A stretch of DNA of 63,785 bases, filler included, from Lenisia limosa (GCA_001655205.1; 15 parts of 15 records of this genome joined end to end with filler, not necessarily neighbours in it); one strand, 5' to 3'. Shown: positions 48,665 through 61,369, counted from the first letter of the whole stretch. The notes: generated by a model not told the origin, from the letters alone. Numbers and translations: made by a program.

Positions 48665-51600
48665 CTTGTCTACTGAAGAAAACGTCTAAGAAATCGCACA
48701 CTCTCAGGCGAAGAGCCAAGTCCTCTTGACGAAGCACCGAGCGTGCCTGAACGGTAAAATAACTCAATAGGAAGGGTTAAGGTAGGGCTTCACTTCAGTT
48801 CGAAAAATGATTGAACGTCTCGATAAATTAACGAAAACTATCGATATTTTAATGGTCTTTTATGCACCAAAGTGAAGCCCTTGTAAAAGAACTCAAATGA
48901 AAAGGTAAACCCAGTAGTTTCTTTAAGGACAAGAACGTTGAATGTATCAATGAACAACAAGGGAAGACTTGGTTAAAGGACTCAAGGAAAAGGTTAGTAA
49001 CAAAATCCCACTCAAAATAAAAGTCTCACTCGTAAAAACATGTAAAAGAAGGGTGAGATTTCGAGGGGTTGCCCCAAGCATACCCTAGCCTCCTTGCGTC
49101 TCTCCCTGAAAACGGCTGCAATGGCGTCGTCAAATCTGAGGAAATTACCCAGAGAATGGTGGTGGCAGAAAGAAAACAAGCTGCAACACCTCCATGCCAG
49201 ATTCTCCTATTTGATGTTTCATTTTAGTTTCAAAAATAATACACAATACTCACCCCGATGCCCCCGCATACGAAAAATACATGTAGTATATAGTATGTGT
49301 ATACACATATACATATAACTATATTAATACCGATTTGCTACGTGTGATTTCCCAAGGAAAATCGGTCAAGACTTATCCCGGGCAGTGTAAAAATTACCCC
49401 CCCACTTGGCCATAGCAACGTCGTCGAGATCAGCAGCACCATTCTCATCCTTAACAATCTTAATTCCTCCATCATCCTCATCATCATCATCTTCTTCTTC
49501 CTCCTCCTCCTCCTCCTCTTCTTCTTCCTTCTTGCCCAGAGCAGAATCATCTTCAGCCATCTGCGCCAATTTGCGTTGTTTGCGCTCGCGCCCCTTCACT
49601 TCAGATTTTTCCTTGGCGTCGTCTTCCTCATCACTTCCTTCCTCTTCTTCGTTTTCGTCCTCCATTTCATCTTCATCCTTATTTGGTAAGTTGGTACCCC
49701 ATGTGAAAATGACATGCAAATTTATTATTTTGATTGTTTATTGGTCTCAAGCATCCCCATCTTAATTGCCCCCCCACCTAGCTTCACTTCGGTTCGACAA
49801 AATCCAGTAAAATATCGATAGTTTTCGAAGATTTATCGAGAATTTCAGTCTTTTTCGAACCGAAGTGAAGCCCTACATCCTATCATCTTTTTACTACCCC
49901 CCCCCCATACACACAAACAACTAGGGTTTCACTTCGGTTCGAAAAAAGACTGTATTATAGATAAAACCTCGAAAACTATTGATATTTTACCGATCTTTTT
50001 CGAACCAAAGTGAAGCCCCACTTCATACCCCCCCACTTCAACAGCCTCGTCACCCTCGCCGGATCGTGATAGCACATCGATAATGATTGCGATGGCGTCT
50101 TCGGAGAGCTTCGATGAGATAGTTCTGAACACCGCTACGGCCACGTCTCTGAGCAGAGTCGAGCGCTGGGAGGTAAATTGTACAATTTATGAAATAAAAA
50201 TATTAAAAAAAGCCCAAATCAACTCTGATAGCTCAACCCTCGTGTGTTGGTTGACACCACACGAGGTTAACAACAAAACAAACAAAACCCAGGCCAGTCG
50301 CTTCAAGGGGGAGATGAAAGAAATTTTGATGATGCTTGGGGTGAAAGAAAGAATGAAAGGGAAGGGTACTTGGTGCTACAAGGTATCTCGTGTTGGTTTG
50401 TTTCCCGATTCTATTTACATGTATTTACCCCCCCCCCCCCAACTTGANNNNNNNNNNNNNNNNNNNNNNNNNNNNNNNNNNNNNNNNNNNNNNNNNNNNN
50501 NNNNNNNNNNNNNNNNNNNNNNNNNNNNNNNNNNNNNNNNNNNNNNNNNNNNNNNNNNNNNNNNNNNNNNNNNNNNNNNNNNNNNNNNNNNNNNNNNNNN
50601 NNNNNNNNNNNNNNNNNNNNNNNNNNNNNNNNNNNNNNNNNNNNNNNNNNNNNNNNNNNNNNNNNNNNNNNNNNNNNNNNNNNNNNNNNNNNNNNNNNNN
50701 NNNNNNNNNNNNNNNNNNGCATACACACCCCTTTTCTTTGTAAGGATGCCCCTCACCTCTTCTTATACCTCCACCACGTAACATCTTCCCTTTTCCCAGT
50801 TTTTTTTCTTTCTTAACTCTCACCTCTTCGAAGCAACATCGTTGTCTTGACGTTGTGTTTCTCTCTCTATTTGTTTTTTGTCCCCCCCCCCCCAAGATCT
50901 TTTCTTTTCTCTCTCTCTTTTTTCTTNNNNNNNNNNNNNNNNNNNNNNNNNNNNNNNNNNNNNNNNNNNNNNNNNNNNNNNNNNNNNNNNNNNNNNNNNN
51001 NNNNNNNNNNNNNNNNNNNNNNNNNNNNNNNNNNNNNNNNNNNNNNNNNNNNNNNNNNNNNNNNNNNNNNNNNNNNNNNNNNNNNNNNNNNCAACTCTGT
51101 TGGCCGACAACACACGAGGGTTGATAACAACAACAAAAAAAAAAGCCCAGGCCAGTCGAGGGAAATTTCGATGAAAAGGCGTAAAGGAACTATCACGAAC
51201 CGAATCATCTGAAACTCCAAACAAAAAAGCCTATCAGAATAACAATCACGAGCAACCAACGCTAATTGTTTTGTTAAGATTGTTTTATAGAGTAGAAAAT
51301 ACATTATATATAAAAAAAAACCCTCGACTCTCACCTGGAGAGCCGCGTTATTAAGTTGCAAGTTATATTTAATGAAGTAGCTATATGTGTATCAAGTAGT
51401 ATATACATATCGATATCCATATATTATGTGAGTATTATATTTTATTTATTCACAAAAAAAAACCCCTTCGACACTCACCTGGAGAGCAAGGTGAAGGTAG
51501 AGGTTCTCGAATCCCGCTGCCATGATCTTCGTAGCCTATGCGGTCATAAGGAGAGTAAAATTGATGACACAAAAAAGGCCCAAAATCAAATATGTTGGCT

Positions 51601-54600
51601 GACAAAAGGGAGGAGTGGATGGGAAATTTATTACAAAACAAAAACCCAGAATCAACACTGCTTGTGTATGCGGGGTAAAACTGTTTTTGAATCAATATAC
51701 AAAGAGAGAAGTAAAACCCTGAGGTAACACATAGTATCAAACTGTTAAGAGCCAGTGAGAGGGGGGGGGGGGGTTTCNNNNNNNNNNNNNNNNNNNNNNN
51801 NNNNNNNNNNNNNNNNNNNNNNNNNNNNNNNNNNNNNNNNNNNNNNNNNNNNNNNNNNNNNNNNNNNNAATGTCAATTACCACCATAATCAACAAGCCTC
51901 CATACGTGAGTCACATTCTTCCTCTTGCGGGTAGTTTCGACCTTAGCAGCCTGATCCACAGCAAGGGCGAATAGCTTCTTCATGGCTGTAACGTCCTCGT
52001 CTTCTTCCGTCTCTTCTTCCTCGTCGTATTCCTGCGCGATTAAAATAAAGGGTTATTCTCCTCAAAAATTAACTATTTTAAAAAAACAAAGAAGAAAAAC
52101 AGAAGAAGAACTGTGAACAAGAACAAAAACTAGTCCCCCTCACGGCCTTGGCATCCTCATCCAGCACAACTGTTCCTGACGCAAGTAGGCTCTCAACCTC
52201 CATCACTGCCAGACGAGCCCATAATACGCCCTCAGCGTTGCGGCCCTCTGAACGCCTTAAGTCGCTATGGTCGACTGGGGAGGGGGGGGGGGGNNNNNNN
52301 NNNNNNNNNNNNNNNNNNNNNNNNNNNNNNNNNNNNNNNNNNNNNNNNNNNNNNNNNNNNNNNNNNTAGCTGACAACTCAGAGGGTTGATAGCAACGAGA
52401 AATGGTATAGCAAAAAGGGGACGAAATCTTTGTTGGTCAACTGGACAGAAGGGGGTAAAACGAAGGAAATTTCGATAAAGAACATTGGTGTAAAGGTACT
52501 CATCACTCACGAAATAATCTGGAACTCCAAACAAACAAACAAAAAACAAGCAATAACAACCACGAGCAAGGTAGAGGGTGAAACGAAGGAAANNNNNNNN
52601 NNAGAGGGTGAAACGAAGGAAATTTCGAAGGGGATAAGAGACACTATGAATGCTCATGTATTAATGTTTTTACTTGTATCCTTACAATTAATTCTTTAAC
52701 CCATGTTAATATCCTTCCAATTAATACCCATGTCCCCACCATGGGCGTCGTCCTCCTTCTTTGCCGGTGGAATAGAGTGCGCTAACACGCGCAACGTCGT
52801 GTAGAAGCACTCGCGAGCTGTCCTAGAAGAGGGGAGAAGTGAGCGGAAATATATGAAATAAACAAATAATCAGGCGTGGAAAACGATGTCAATAAAAGCA
52901 AGAATAAAGCTGATGTGGGTATGAGAACACTAGTGGGGCGCTATAAGTAGGTTTTCACTTCGAAAATACTGGTAAAATATCGATGATTTTCGAGGAGTTA
53001 TGGAGAAATTCAGTCTTTTTTAGAACCAAAGTGAAGCCCTAGCTATTCAATACAACGGCAAAAACAACAAAACACCCGCACTTTCTCGTAAGAGAATATT
53101 CGGGGTGAAGGAGTAGAAATGACTAGGAAACAACAACCACCGGCCGCGTACTTTCTGGTGAGGGGCATAAGAGTGCCGACTTCCTTTGAGGGTTCCAACC
53201 ACCCGGTAGCAAACTGCCAGGAGAGCTGGGGAGGGGGGGGGGGTAANNNNNNNNNNNNNNNNNNNNNNNNNNNNNNNNNNNNNNNNNNNNNNNNNNNNNN
53301 NNNNNNNNNNNNNNNNNNNNNNNNNNNNNNNNNNNNNNNNNNNNNNNNNNNNNNNNNNNNNNNNNNNNNNNNNNNNNNNNNNNNNNNNNNNNNNNNNNNN
53401 NNNNNNNNNNNNNNNNNNNNNNNNNNNTAGCAATAAAGGGTTAACAAAACAATCCTCATGCCAGTCGCTGACGCAACTCGTGAAAATAGATAAAAACTTC
53501 AGAACAAAAAAACTGTAGAACAAAAAATACTCCCGTATCATATCTTATATCTTAGCAATCCACCTCCACCACACATACTACATAAGATATTAAGTGACCG
53601 GGATAAGTCTTGACCGATATTCCACATAGCAAATAGGTCAAGACTTATCCCGGTCACTGTATAATACATAGCAAATAGGCCAAGACTTATCCCGGTCACT
53701 GTATACCCCACCTGCACGCGTCTGGCCGACTGCCTACGAAGGCACTCCTTCTTCGCTTCCAAGGTATCGAACTCGTCAGCTATAAGGTTATTAATGTTTG
53801 ACTAATGATATTATCCGTAATTTTTAAAGATTTCATTTAACTTGAGACAATTTTATAAGATTATATTTGACAAAAGACATTGTCCCTTATTTTACTAGAT
53901 AATTGTAGATAATTCTGTAAACTATTCTTGCTCCCACCAAAATATCCCTTTATTTGATTGTTTCACAGATTCTACTTAAAGTAGAATGTAAGGCTTCACT
54001 CCTCCTCCAAAAAATGTATTGATACAATTTGAAATTAAAATGTCTAAAATGAGTTTTTGTAACTATGATCCCCTTTAAACTTCAAATATTTATTTCACTT
54101 ATTGCACGTTGCCCAATTCAGTTTAATATATGAACACTTGACAAATCACCCCGAAATTCTTCTTTTCTATTCCGAAACTATATTTCCTGTATTTGCTGGA
54201 ACTTAGCCAAACCAACCATCGCTATCGACCTTGAAGGTGTCCTGAGTGTTGAAGTTTGCTCTCAGGAAGGCAATAAACTTCTCAAAGTCGTCGTCGCCGA
54301 ACTCGGCCGACATGAGATCCTGAAGGATCTTCATGCTGATCACTGAGGAGACGGGGGTAAATTTAGGAAACAAAAAAAAGGCTAGTTATATTTGATGGGG
54401 GGGAGGCAATCTCGATGAAAAATTGAGGTATAAAGCATCCACATGAACCCACAGGAATCCCATTGGCTGGACTTGGCAATTAAGCAGGACGCTACCGCGA
54501 GGCGTGAAGCGGCTGTTTCGGAGGCCTTTTGACGAAGATGGTAGAACTGGGGAAGCGGGAGAGTAAATTGGAAAACTTATGGGGAAAAAAAAAAGAAGCC

Positions 54601-54620
54601 CAAAGCAACTTTGTCCAAAT
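48665..54620 (-). CDS. MYBBP1A: Myb-binding protein 1A / Pol5 (DNA_pol_phi family), internal portion
   Basis: STLLRDVAVAVFRTISSKLSEDAIAIIIDVL, long acidic tract, DDVAM..FDDAIAAVFRER, LALRLRVCDFLDVFF; collinear with Pol5/MYBBP1A motifs. Confidence 0.75.
49779..50020. mobile_element. Two neighbouring family A1 MITEs (49779-49875, 49922-50020)
   Basis: Both have CTTCACTTCGGTTCG / CGAACC(G/A)AAGTGAAGCCC ends. Further A copies at 19649-19719, 23729-23823, 29762-29852, 31398-31477, 31488-31571, 43306-43395, 48783-48882, 52948-53041, 54638-54734 and 61110-61168. Confidence 0.85.
50166..50304 (-). repeat. Family B acceptor-forming repeat (most complete copy); ends exactly at a MYBBP1A 3' splice site
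   Basis: GAAGCGACTGGCCTGG-TTTGTTTGTTTTGTTG..AACCCTCGTGTG..CAGAGTTGATTTGGGCTTTTTT..TTTCATAAATT...TTTACCTCCCAG|exon. Confidence 0.85.
53593..53701. mobile_element. Family E MITE with tandemly duplicated right end
   Basis: One left TIR, then two right TIRs (ending 53659 and 53701), each followed by TA. Confidence 0.75.
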
Positions 54621-54844
54621 ATTTCGGTTGCAAGTTCTAGAGCTTCCTTCGGTCCCAAAAAAAGACTGATTTTGTCGATAAATCGTCGAAAAATATAGAT
54701 ATTTTAGATCTTTTTCGGACCGCAGGGAAACCCAGTTGTAACATTCGAAACCCCCCGTGGCCAAGTGCCCCTCCCACGAAGTGACGAACGGAGGGGGTCA
54801 GGTCCTTGGATTTCCTAAATTCGTAAATAGGGGTCTGACTGAAA

Positions 54845-55360
54845 ATGATGTTGTTCAAGGTTCAACTTAAAGTTGTTGCTGTATTCGATTATGTCTCAAA
54901 AAATTGTAATACTGTTTTCGAGAAACATCGTGATAGAAGCGAAGGTCTGAACAACAGGAGGTCGGACCCCCATAAAAGAATATTTTACCTCCATGATTAT
55001 GTTCCATATCCCCCCCCCCCACAGGCAATGGAGCAGGAAGTTCAGGAGCATGGGAGTGAGGANNNNNNNNNNNNNNNNNNNNNNNNNNNNNNNNNNNNNN
55101 NNNNNNTTAATTAATTAANNNNNNNNNNNNNNNNNNNNNNNNNNNNNNNNNNNNNNNNNNNNCTCAAAAATTAATGACACCATTTTGGAATTAATGACAC
55201 CATTTAGGACCGTGAGCATATACTTCGTATGGGGGGCCGACCCCCTGTGATTCAGACCTTCACTTCTATTACGATGTTTCTCAAAAAAAGTATATCAATT
55301 TGTAGATAATTAGTTTTATAAGACATACTCGAAAACAGCCACTTAAAGTTGAACCTTGAC
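54845..55360. repeat. Family H dispersed repeat, two copies in opposite orientation on different scaffolds (54845-54990, 55220-55360)
   Basis: CAAGGTTCAACTTAAAGT...GAGAAACATCGTGATAGAAG.GAAGGTCTGAA...GGTCGG.CCCCCATA and its reverse complement. Confidence 0.6.
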
Positions 55361-56340
55361 CAGCTTAGAAACTAGTTTCTCTGTATTGCATACATCAAGC
55401 CTTAGAATACAGACAAAATCTTTATTTATTTTAAGACGTTGAGAAGTTAGGTCATTTAACGACTAAGATTGCCACAACTTAAAAACAATGCATTAAGAAT
55501 TTTCTTATTTATTTAATGCCTAATATACAAGATTAGAGGTTACTAGTCAATTTTGTAAATCATTGGAATGTGTCAATTCACGGACAGTGGAAAATTAGCC
55601 AGTCGGTGACGTCACTTTCGGTCAGACAGGTTGGGGAGGTTGGGGGTCCTATCTCAGTCAGGTTGGGGAGATAGTTTACCTCCATGCTGTAGCCAACATG
55701 GACCGCCAGCCACCGCTACCGTCCTATGTTAAGTCTTTTATACTCTTATACATAAAAAATATATATTTATTTCCACAACTTACAAACAATTCACAAAAAA
55801 CAAAAAGAATACCTTCCAAACTTCGACCCAGTTTAAAATAAAAAAACAGGACTCCATACCGGGGGTACAAAGTGCATATTGTAATTAAGTGGGGCCATCA
55901 CTTTAAATCACAGTTATGTGCCTTTTAGCGCCTTTTCGCTCTTCCTCCCCTCTTATATTATCATTTAATCATCTTAAGCATTTATTAAGCGTAGAAATAA
56001 ACTGCCCATATCGTTGGCGGAGGTCGTTGGCCAACTCCACCTTGGGCCAACCAACCAAAGAGCTTGAAATCTATGGTTTGTTTGATCAGATAATGGTTGG
56101 ACGATCTCAGTTATGCACCAGTTATGTTAAATATATATTAACACTTATTATATATTTACTGATATATGTTTACTTATTGAATGATGAAGTCTGTCTTTCC
56201 TGTTTTATAAATTTAATCTAATAGACGATGGGCAATTGCAAGCCTGTATTGAGGCAACTGAAAGCCCGGAAACCGCGGCAAACACAACCTCAGCGTGTAT
56301 GGGATATTTAAGCTTAAATATTTAGAAAAAAATCCCTCAG

Positions 56341-57470
56341 CAGGTTTTATTGTCAGGAAACAACAGTACCAATTTGAACCAGTTTCGAAACCCTTCATCG
56401 GACCTTTCATCAACGGCGTCACTTGGACTAGGTAAGGCAGGTGTAACGTTAGATGCAAGGACCCCGTTAAAGGGAGTCTGTATTCCAGACCTCGGCATCG
56501 CTGTTCTCCGCCAGGTCACCGAAAAACGACAAAAAGTACTTGAAGTACGATATCTGACATTGTTAGTGTTATTAATGGTGTAGGAAAAGGCAGTAGTAGT
56601 TTATAGAGTGTGGTCGGATCATTCTTTGTAAGTAGAAACTTGTTCCAAATGTTCTCTAAATTTTCAAAAAACCATTTTCAGTCGTCCTCAAGATTATTTC
56701 ATGGGTGGTCTTCCTCCCCGGTTACCCTGGTAGCTTTGTATATAAAGGACAGTTTGCTTTGTTTTCTTTTTATGTAATATTATATCTAGAAAGTCTCGTT
56801 TATATAAATCGTGTGTACATAAAAGTTTCTGTGAAAGTACTGAAGAAAGTGAAGTCAAAGACACCGAAGAAGTCAGAAGCAACTACAACCTTGGCTCGCC
56901 TTCCTCTCCTCAAAATTATTATCTTGATGGCAACGACAACGACGATGGCTATAGTAGTGATGACAAAATTCCCAACCCTGCATTTCATTGCACAAAAGGT
57001 TCTGTGTCAAGTGATATAATTTGGTTTAGGGATGCCCTGTGGCGAGTTACCTTTCAGTGCTGACGCATGTCTAAAAAGGAGGCTGAGGATATTTTCGAGC
57101 TCAATAAATTGACTGGTAATGAGTTACATTTGTTTCACTGTTAGGTGTTGTTATTAATGCGCCACAAGCTGAAAAATGCTGGTCTTGTGGGAGTGATGTG
57201 GGTTTCTTATTCAAGCCTCACATTTTAGTATACGGAGCTCTCGATAATAAACACAGACATAACCGTGTGGGGTTTTGGAACTGTCTACCAAGCAACTGGT
57301 ATGTGGTAATTGCATAATTGTTATTTACGACTTCTTTTTGTTGGATATAACACAGCTGTTCTTTATTGTTTCCTTAATCTTTGATTTGTTCTTTCTTTGA
57401 TTGATAAGCTTCCGACTACCAATGCCGAAACTGCCAAAAGCTACACTATCTCATTAGCCCATATGTTTGT
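56341..57470 (+). pseudogene. Degenerate intron-containing gene with paired CxxC motifs (possibly CxC5-like)
   Basis: Exons ...AEKCWSCGSD..PHILVYG... and ...YQCRNCQKLHY; in-frame TAA in the exon near 57075. Confidence 0.3.
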
Positions 57471-57863
57471 TGCTAACTATTTAACAGAACGTATAGGAGG
57501 TTGGAATTTTTCGGTTCACCCAAACTAAAACACTGTCTTTGGTTTTTGTCAGAGGATTACAAGTTTCAAACTTCTTTACATTTATCTCTAGTCGTTACTA
57601 CCATTTGACAATGCAATCGGGATAGTTCAGGTCCGTCAGTCCAAGACTTATCTATATGTTTGGAAATAATATATCATAATTTTAAAAGAGCACGTCATAG
57701 ATAAATATAAATTATATATAATACTGTTTATATACTATATACTAAATGTATATACGTTGTATGAGATTAATATATTGCCCTTTTTGAGATGATCAATGAA
57801 GTAATATATGCTGCCTTGAACACCATTCATATGACATGAAATTAATAATGCTGAAAAAGTGGA

Positions 57864-58885
57864 CTATAATAGGAAATATTTGATATAGCCATTATGCTCA
57901 CCATCATATCTTCTAATTAGATCCGTAGCGGTTAAAACTGACGATTGGTGCAAAGTGGATCCGGTGAGTACTCCAAATCTTGATGGGTTTTCCTCAACAA
58001 TTTTTTGTAAAGACGTTGAAAACAACAAGGAGAGTTGGTTTAACAGTGGACTGCATAGCCAATGGGACCTCTCGGATTCATAAATCACAAAGCTCCATTG
58101 CGCCAGAGGTAAATTGGAAACAAGCCTATCAACATTCCCTGAATCCAGCTGTGAAGTCAAAAGGGGAAAAGAGTCGAACTTGGATGGCAATGCTCTGAAT
58201 CAGGTTCCATAACATTCGATTTGCGTTTCCGAGAGTCACTTGATTATTTCTATGATACGATGCTCTGGCTAAAGAGTAATGATTTAATTGGAAATCAGTT
58301 CAAACCTGCATTGGGGAAAAACCCCGGGGTTGCACCTGGTTGTATAGCGAGAGTATTAACATCTGAAGTGAGTTGAGTGGAGTAAGTTAAGTGGAAGACA
58401 AACCAAAGGTTCCTGAATATTTAGTTCGCATGTTGTTAGTCACCGATACATAGCTCCATTTGCGTAGAGTGACTGTAGAGTGTTAGTCGAAATGAAGTAG
58501 CGAACCTTGCTCAGTTGAATATCTTGGTAAATGATCATGAGTACTTGTTAACATTCTGCAATACTCATCTCTTCTCATCTCAGATATATTTCAAAGGCTT
58601 CTCCTTGAATCACTAGAGATGGTATTCTGCAGCAATGGATATTCACATGCGCCAGAAACTGTATTTCAAAAAACAATAACAGTATATACGCTCTTGGTAT
58701 TGATAAAAGGGTACTGAAAAGGGCAGTAAAGTCTCTATTGAAACTACTTTTTTTAAGGTCGATAACATACTTTTGAAGGCTGGGATGGGATAACACTTGA
58801 CGATGACTGGAAAGCATGAAATTGTAATACAGGGGGGGATATCGATATATGACATCCATGGGGTATGGGGTCGTAGCCAAAACAT
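57864..58885 (-). pseudogene. Degenerate coding region, unknown product
   Basis: Several 80-108 aa open stretches separated by stops and frameshifts; no family recognised. Confidence 0.25.
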
Positions 58886-59736
58886 AATATGATATATTAT
58901 ATCATATGATATATTATTATGATATATAATTAAGTATATATCACAGTTATCGTCACCTGAAAGTGAACACTAACCTGATCAGACCTTTTTTTCTTTTTTC
59001 TTCTTTTTTCACTGTTTTGATATTGCTTTTGATTTTGTCAGATACAGCAAAAATTGTATTCTCATATCTTGAATAAATAAAAAGTTAACAGTACCAAGGA
59101 AGGTCATTTCCAAACCAAGCACTGGCTAACAACAACAGCCGCTTTATCATAAATCAGGTAAAGACATCCCTCTATTCTGGGAAAATGGGCATTTTTACCT
59201 TTGTCTACCCGACGCTATTTCATACAAAAAATTACCCTGTGGAATTATCCCGAAGGGTCTTTTTAATTACTTACCACACTTTTATAATTTTTTTCCAAAA
59301 TCAAAAAAGGACTGAACCACCTTAAAAATATATACAGTTTCCCAATGTATTTTCCTGATTGAAAACATGGGGGGAAATTATTTTAAAAAATTGCTCAATT
59401 TCAGACCTCTAGAAATTAGGCAAGAAATGGGATTTGGTATTTTGGCACGTCCCAATCTGTCTGAGGACTTGTCAAAAAATCTCAAATCCCAAATCATGTC
59501 ATCACCTACCAGCTTGTGGCTCTTTCACCACCATGCTTGGAGGCCAAGGAATTTTAATCAAAATCAAATCCACTGGGAAAAGTATTTTTTTCTCGTTTGT
59601 CCGCCTTGATATGTTCAAAATCGATGTGGACGGGTTGGGGGTGATATTTATCTCTGTAGAGAGTTTAATCGAATTAAAGCACGTCCCTAGTTATCATGCT
59701 AATTTCCGAGCATGGTACTGACAGTTACAATTCCCC

Positions 59737-60358
59737 AATTAGGAACAGATCGTCTCAATCTTCGACAGTTCTTCATTCTTGGAGTGAGAAATCATTTCAA
59801 TGAGCTCTGGCGTTAAGCTGACATTAATAGATTGCAGTTCTTGGTGGTGGCCTCAGTGGGGTTGTGAATGCTGCTTCTGGATTAGGGAGGTGTTCAGCAA
59901 GTCTTGAGGGATCAATCAGAAGACTGGGTGTCTTTGACATGGGAACCACGAGAGATGACCTGTCGAATGCCTTCTTGATCTTTCGTTGTGTTGTGGCGAC
60001 ACTTAGTCCCTCCAAACACCCAAGAATTACACAGCAACGATTGACAGCGGCCTGTGAAGAATCTTCAGGTTGATGTTCTTTAAGTAATTCGGCATATTGT
60101 TGGTGTAATACAGTCTTAAGAACACCAAAAGTCACAAGATCAAGCGGTTGAGTACACTGTGAGGTGTGACGGGAGGAGGTAGAGGAGGATATGATTGTCA
60201 AGGAGGTGCTGGAGAGCGATAGGAGCGTATCTTGAGGTGTGTCCGTCAATTGGTTTTTTGAAGAACGTTATCGAGGTTGGTTTTTCGACGTTTGATATTG
60301 GCAATATCACGAGGAGACGCATTGTATGGGTGGTAAATTCCATTTGGCATTGACCTGG
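59737..60358 (-). pseudogene. pogo/Fot1-type DDE_1 transposase remnant
   Basis: IDGHTSR...LDNHILLYLLPSH / (2-nt deletion) SQCTQPLDLVTFGVLK...IKKAFDRS matches the DDE_1 motifs DGHxSH and LPPHxSHxLQPLD. Confidence 0.82.
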
Positions 60359-61369
60359 CNNNNNNNNNNNNNNNNNNNNNNNNNNNNNNNNNNNNNNNNN
60401 NNNNNNNNNNNNNNNNNNNNNNNNNNNNNNNNNNNNNNNNNNNNNNNNNNNNNNNNNNNNNNNNNNNNNNNNNNNNNNNNNNNNNNNNNNNNNNNNNNNN
60501 NNNNNNNNNNNNNNNNNNNNNNNNNNNNNNNNNNNNNNNNNNNNNNNNNNNNNNNNNNNNNNNNNNNNNNNNNNNNNNNNNNNNNNNNNNNNNNNNNNNN
60601 NNNNNNNNNNNNNNNNNNNNNNNNNNNNNNNNNNNNNNNNNNNNNNNNNNNNNNAGCCAAAACCAGGGTGGAGGTCATCTTCATCTTCATCATCATCTTC
60701 ATTGGAATCTGACTGGTCATCGCTACTTGGTTCTTCTTGACAAATGGTAGGTACGCTTGACGGGGGTGGTGACGATAGCAGCCGAAAAGGACAGTCAGGT
60801 AACACCAAATTGTGAAGACACTATAAAGAGATAAATATATGATATATTATGTATACGACAAGACGTTGTGCCAAAATTCAAAAGAGACGTCGCTAACCAT
60901 CAGCACCAGAAGCCTCGTTAAGGATTGGAAGCAGAGCGTCAATAGACTTGACCAAGAAGTCAAATTCCANNNNNNNNNNNNNNNNNNNNNNNNNNNNNNN
61001 NNNNNNNNNNNNNTTAATTAATTAANNNNNNNNNNNNNNNNNNNNNNNNNNNNNNNNNNNNNNNNNNNNTCACTCGGGTATGTGTATCATAGTAATTATA
61101 TACCTTTGGTCCCAAAAGGATAAATATCGATATTTAAACGGTCTTTTTCGGACTGTAGGGAAGCCCTAATTTCAGTAATGTATAGTATATACATACGGGA
61201 TAAATCTTGACCGATTTGCTACGTGATTTCCCAAGGAAAATCGGTTAAGACTTATCCCGGTATATATACATAGCTACATATACATATCATATGCATAGTA
61301 TATGAAAGACTAATTGTTTTACATTATTTTATATTAGGTAGATAGTTTATCGTGACTTATCACCCCCAG

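Noticed and set aside
52570-52630. Tandem AGAGGGTGAAACGAAGGAAA duplication
   Set aside because: It flanks a 10-N gap; likely overlapping contig ends.
59400-59580. PWWP-like motif (IKIPWPPSMVV) downstream of the pogo relic
   Set aside because: Short, stop-interrupted and with no supporting flanking residues; could be chance.
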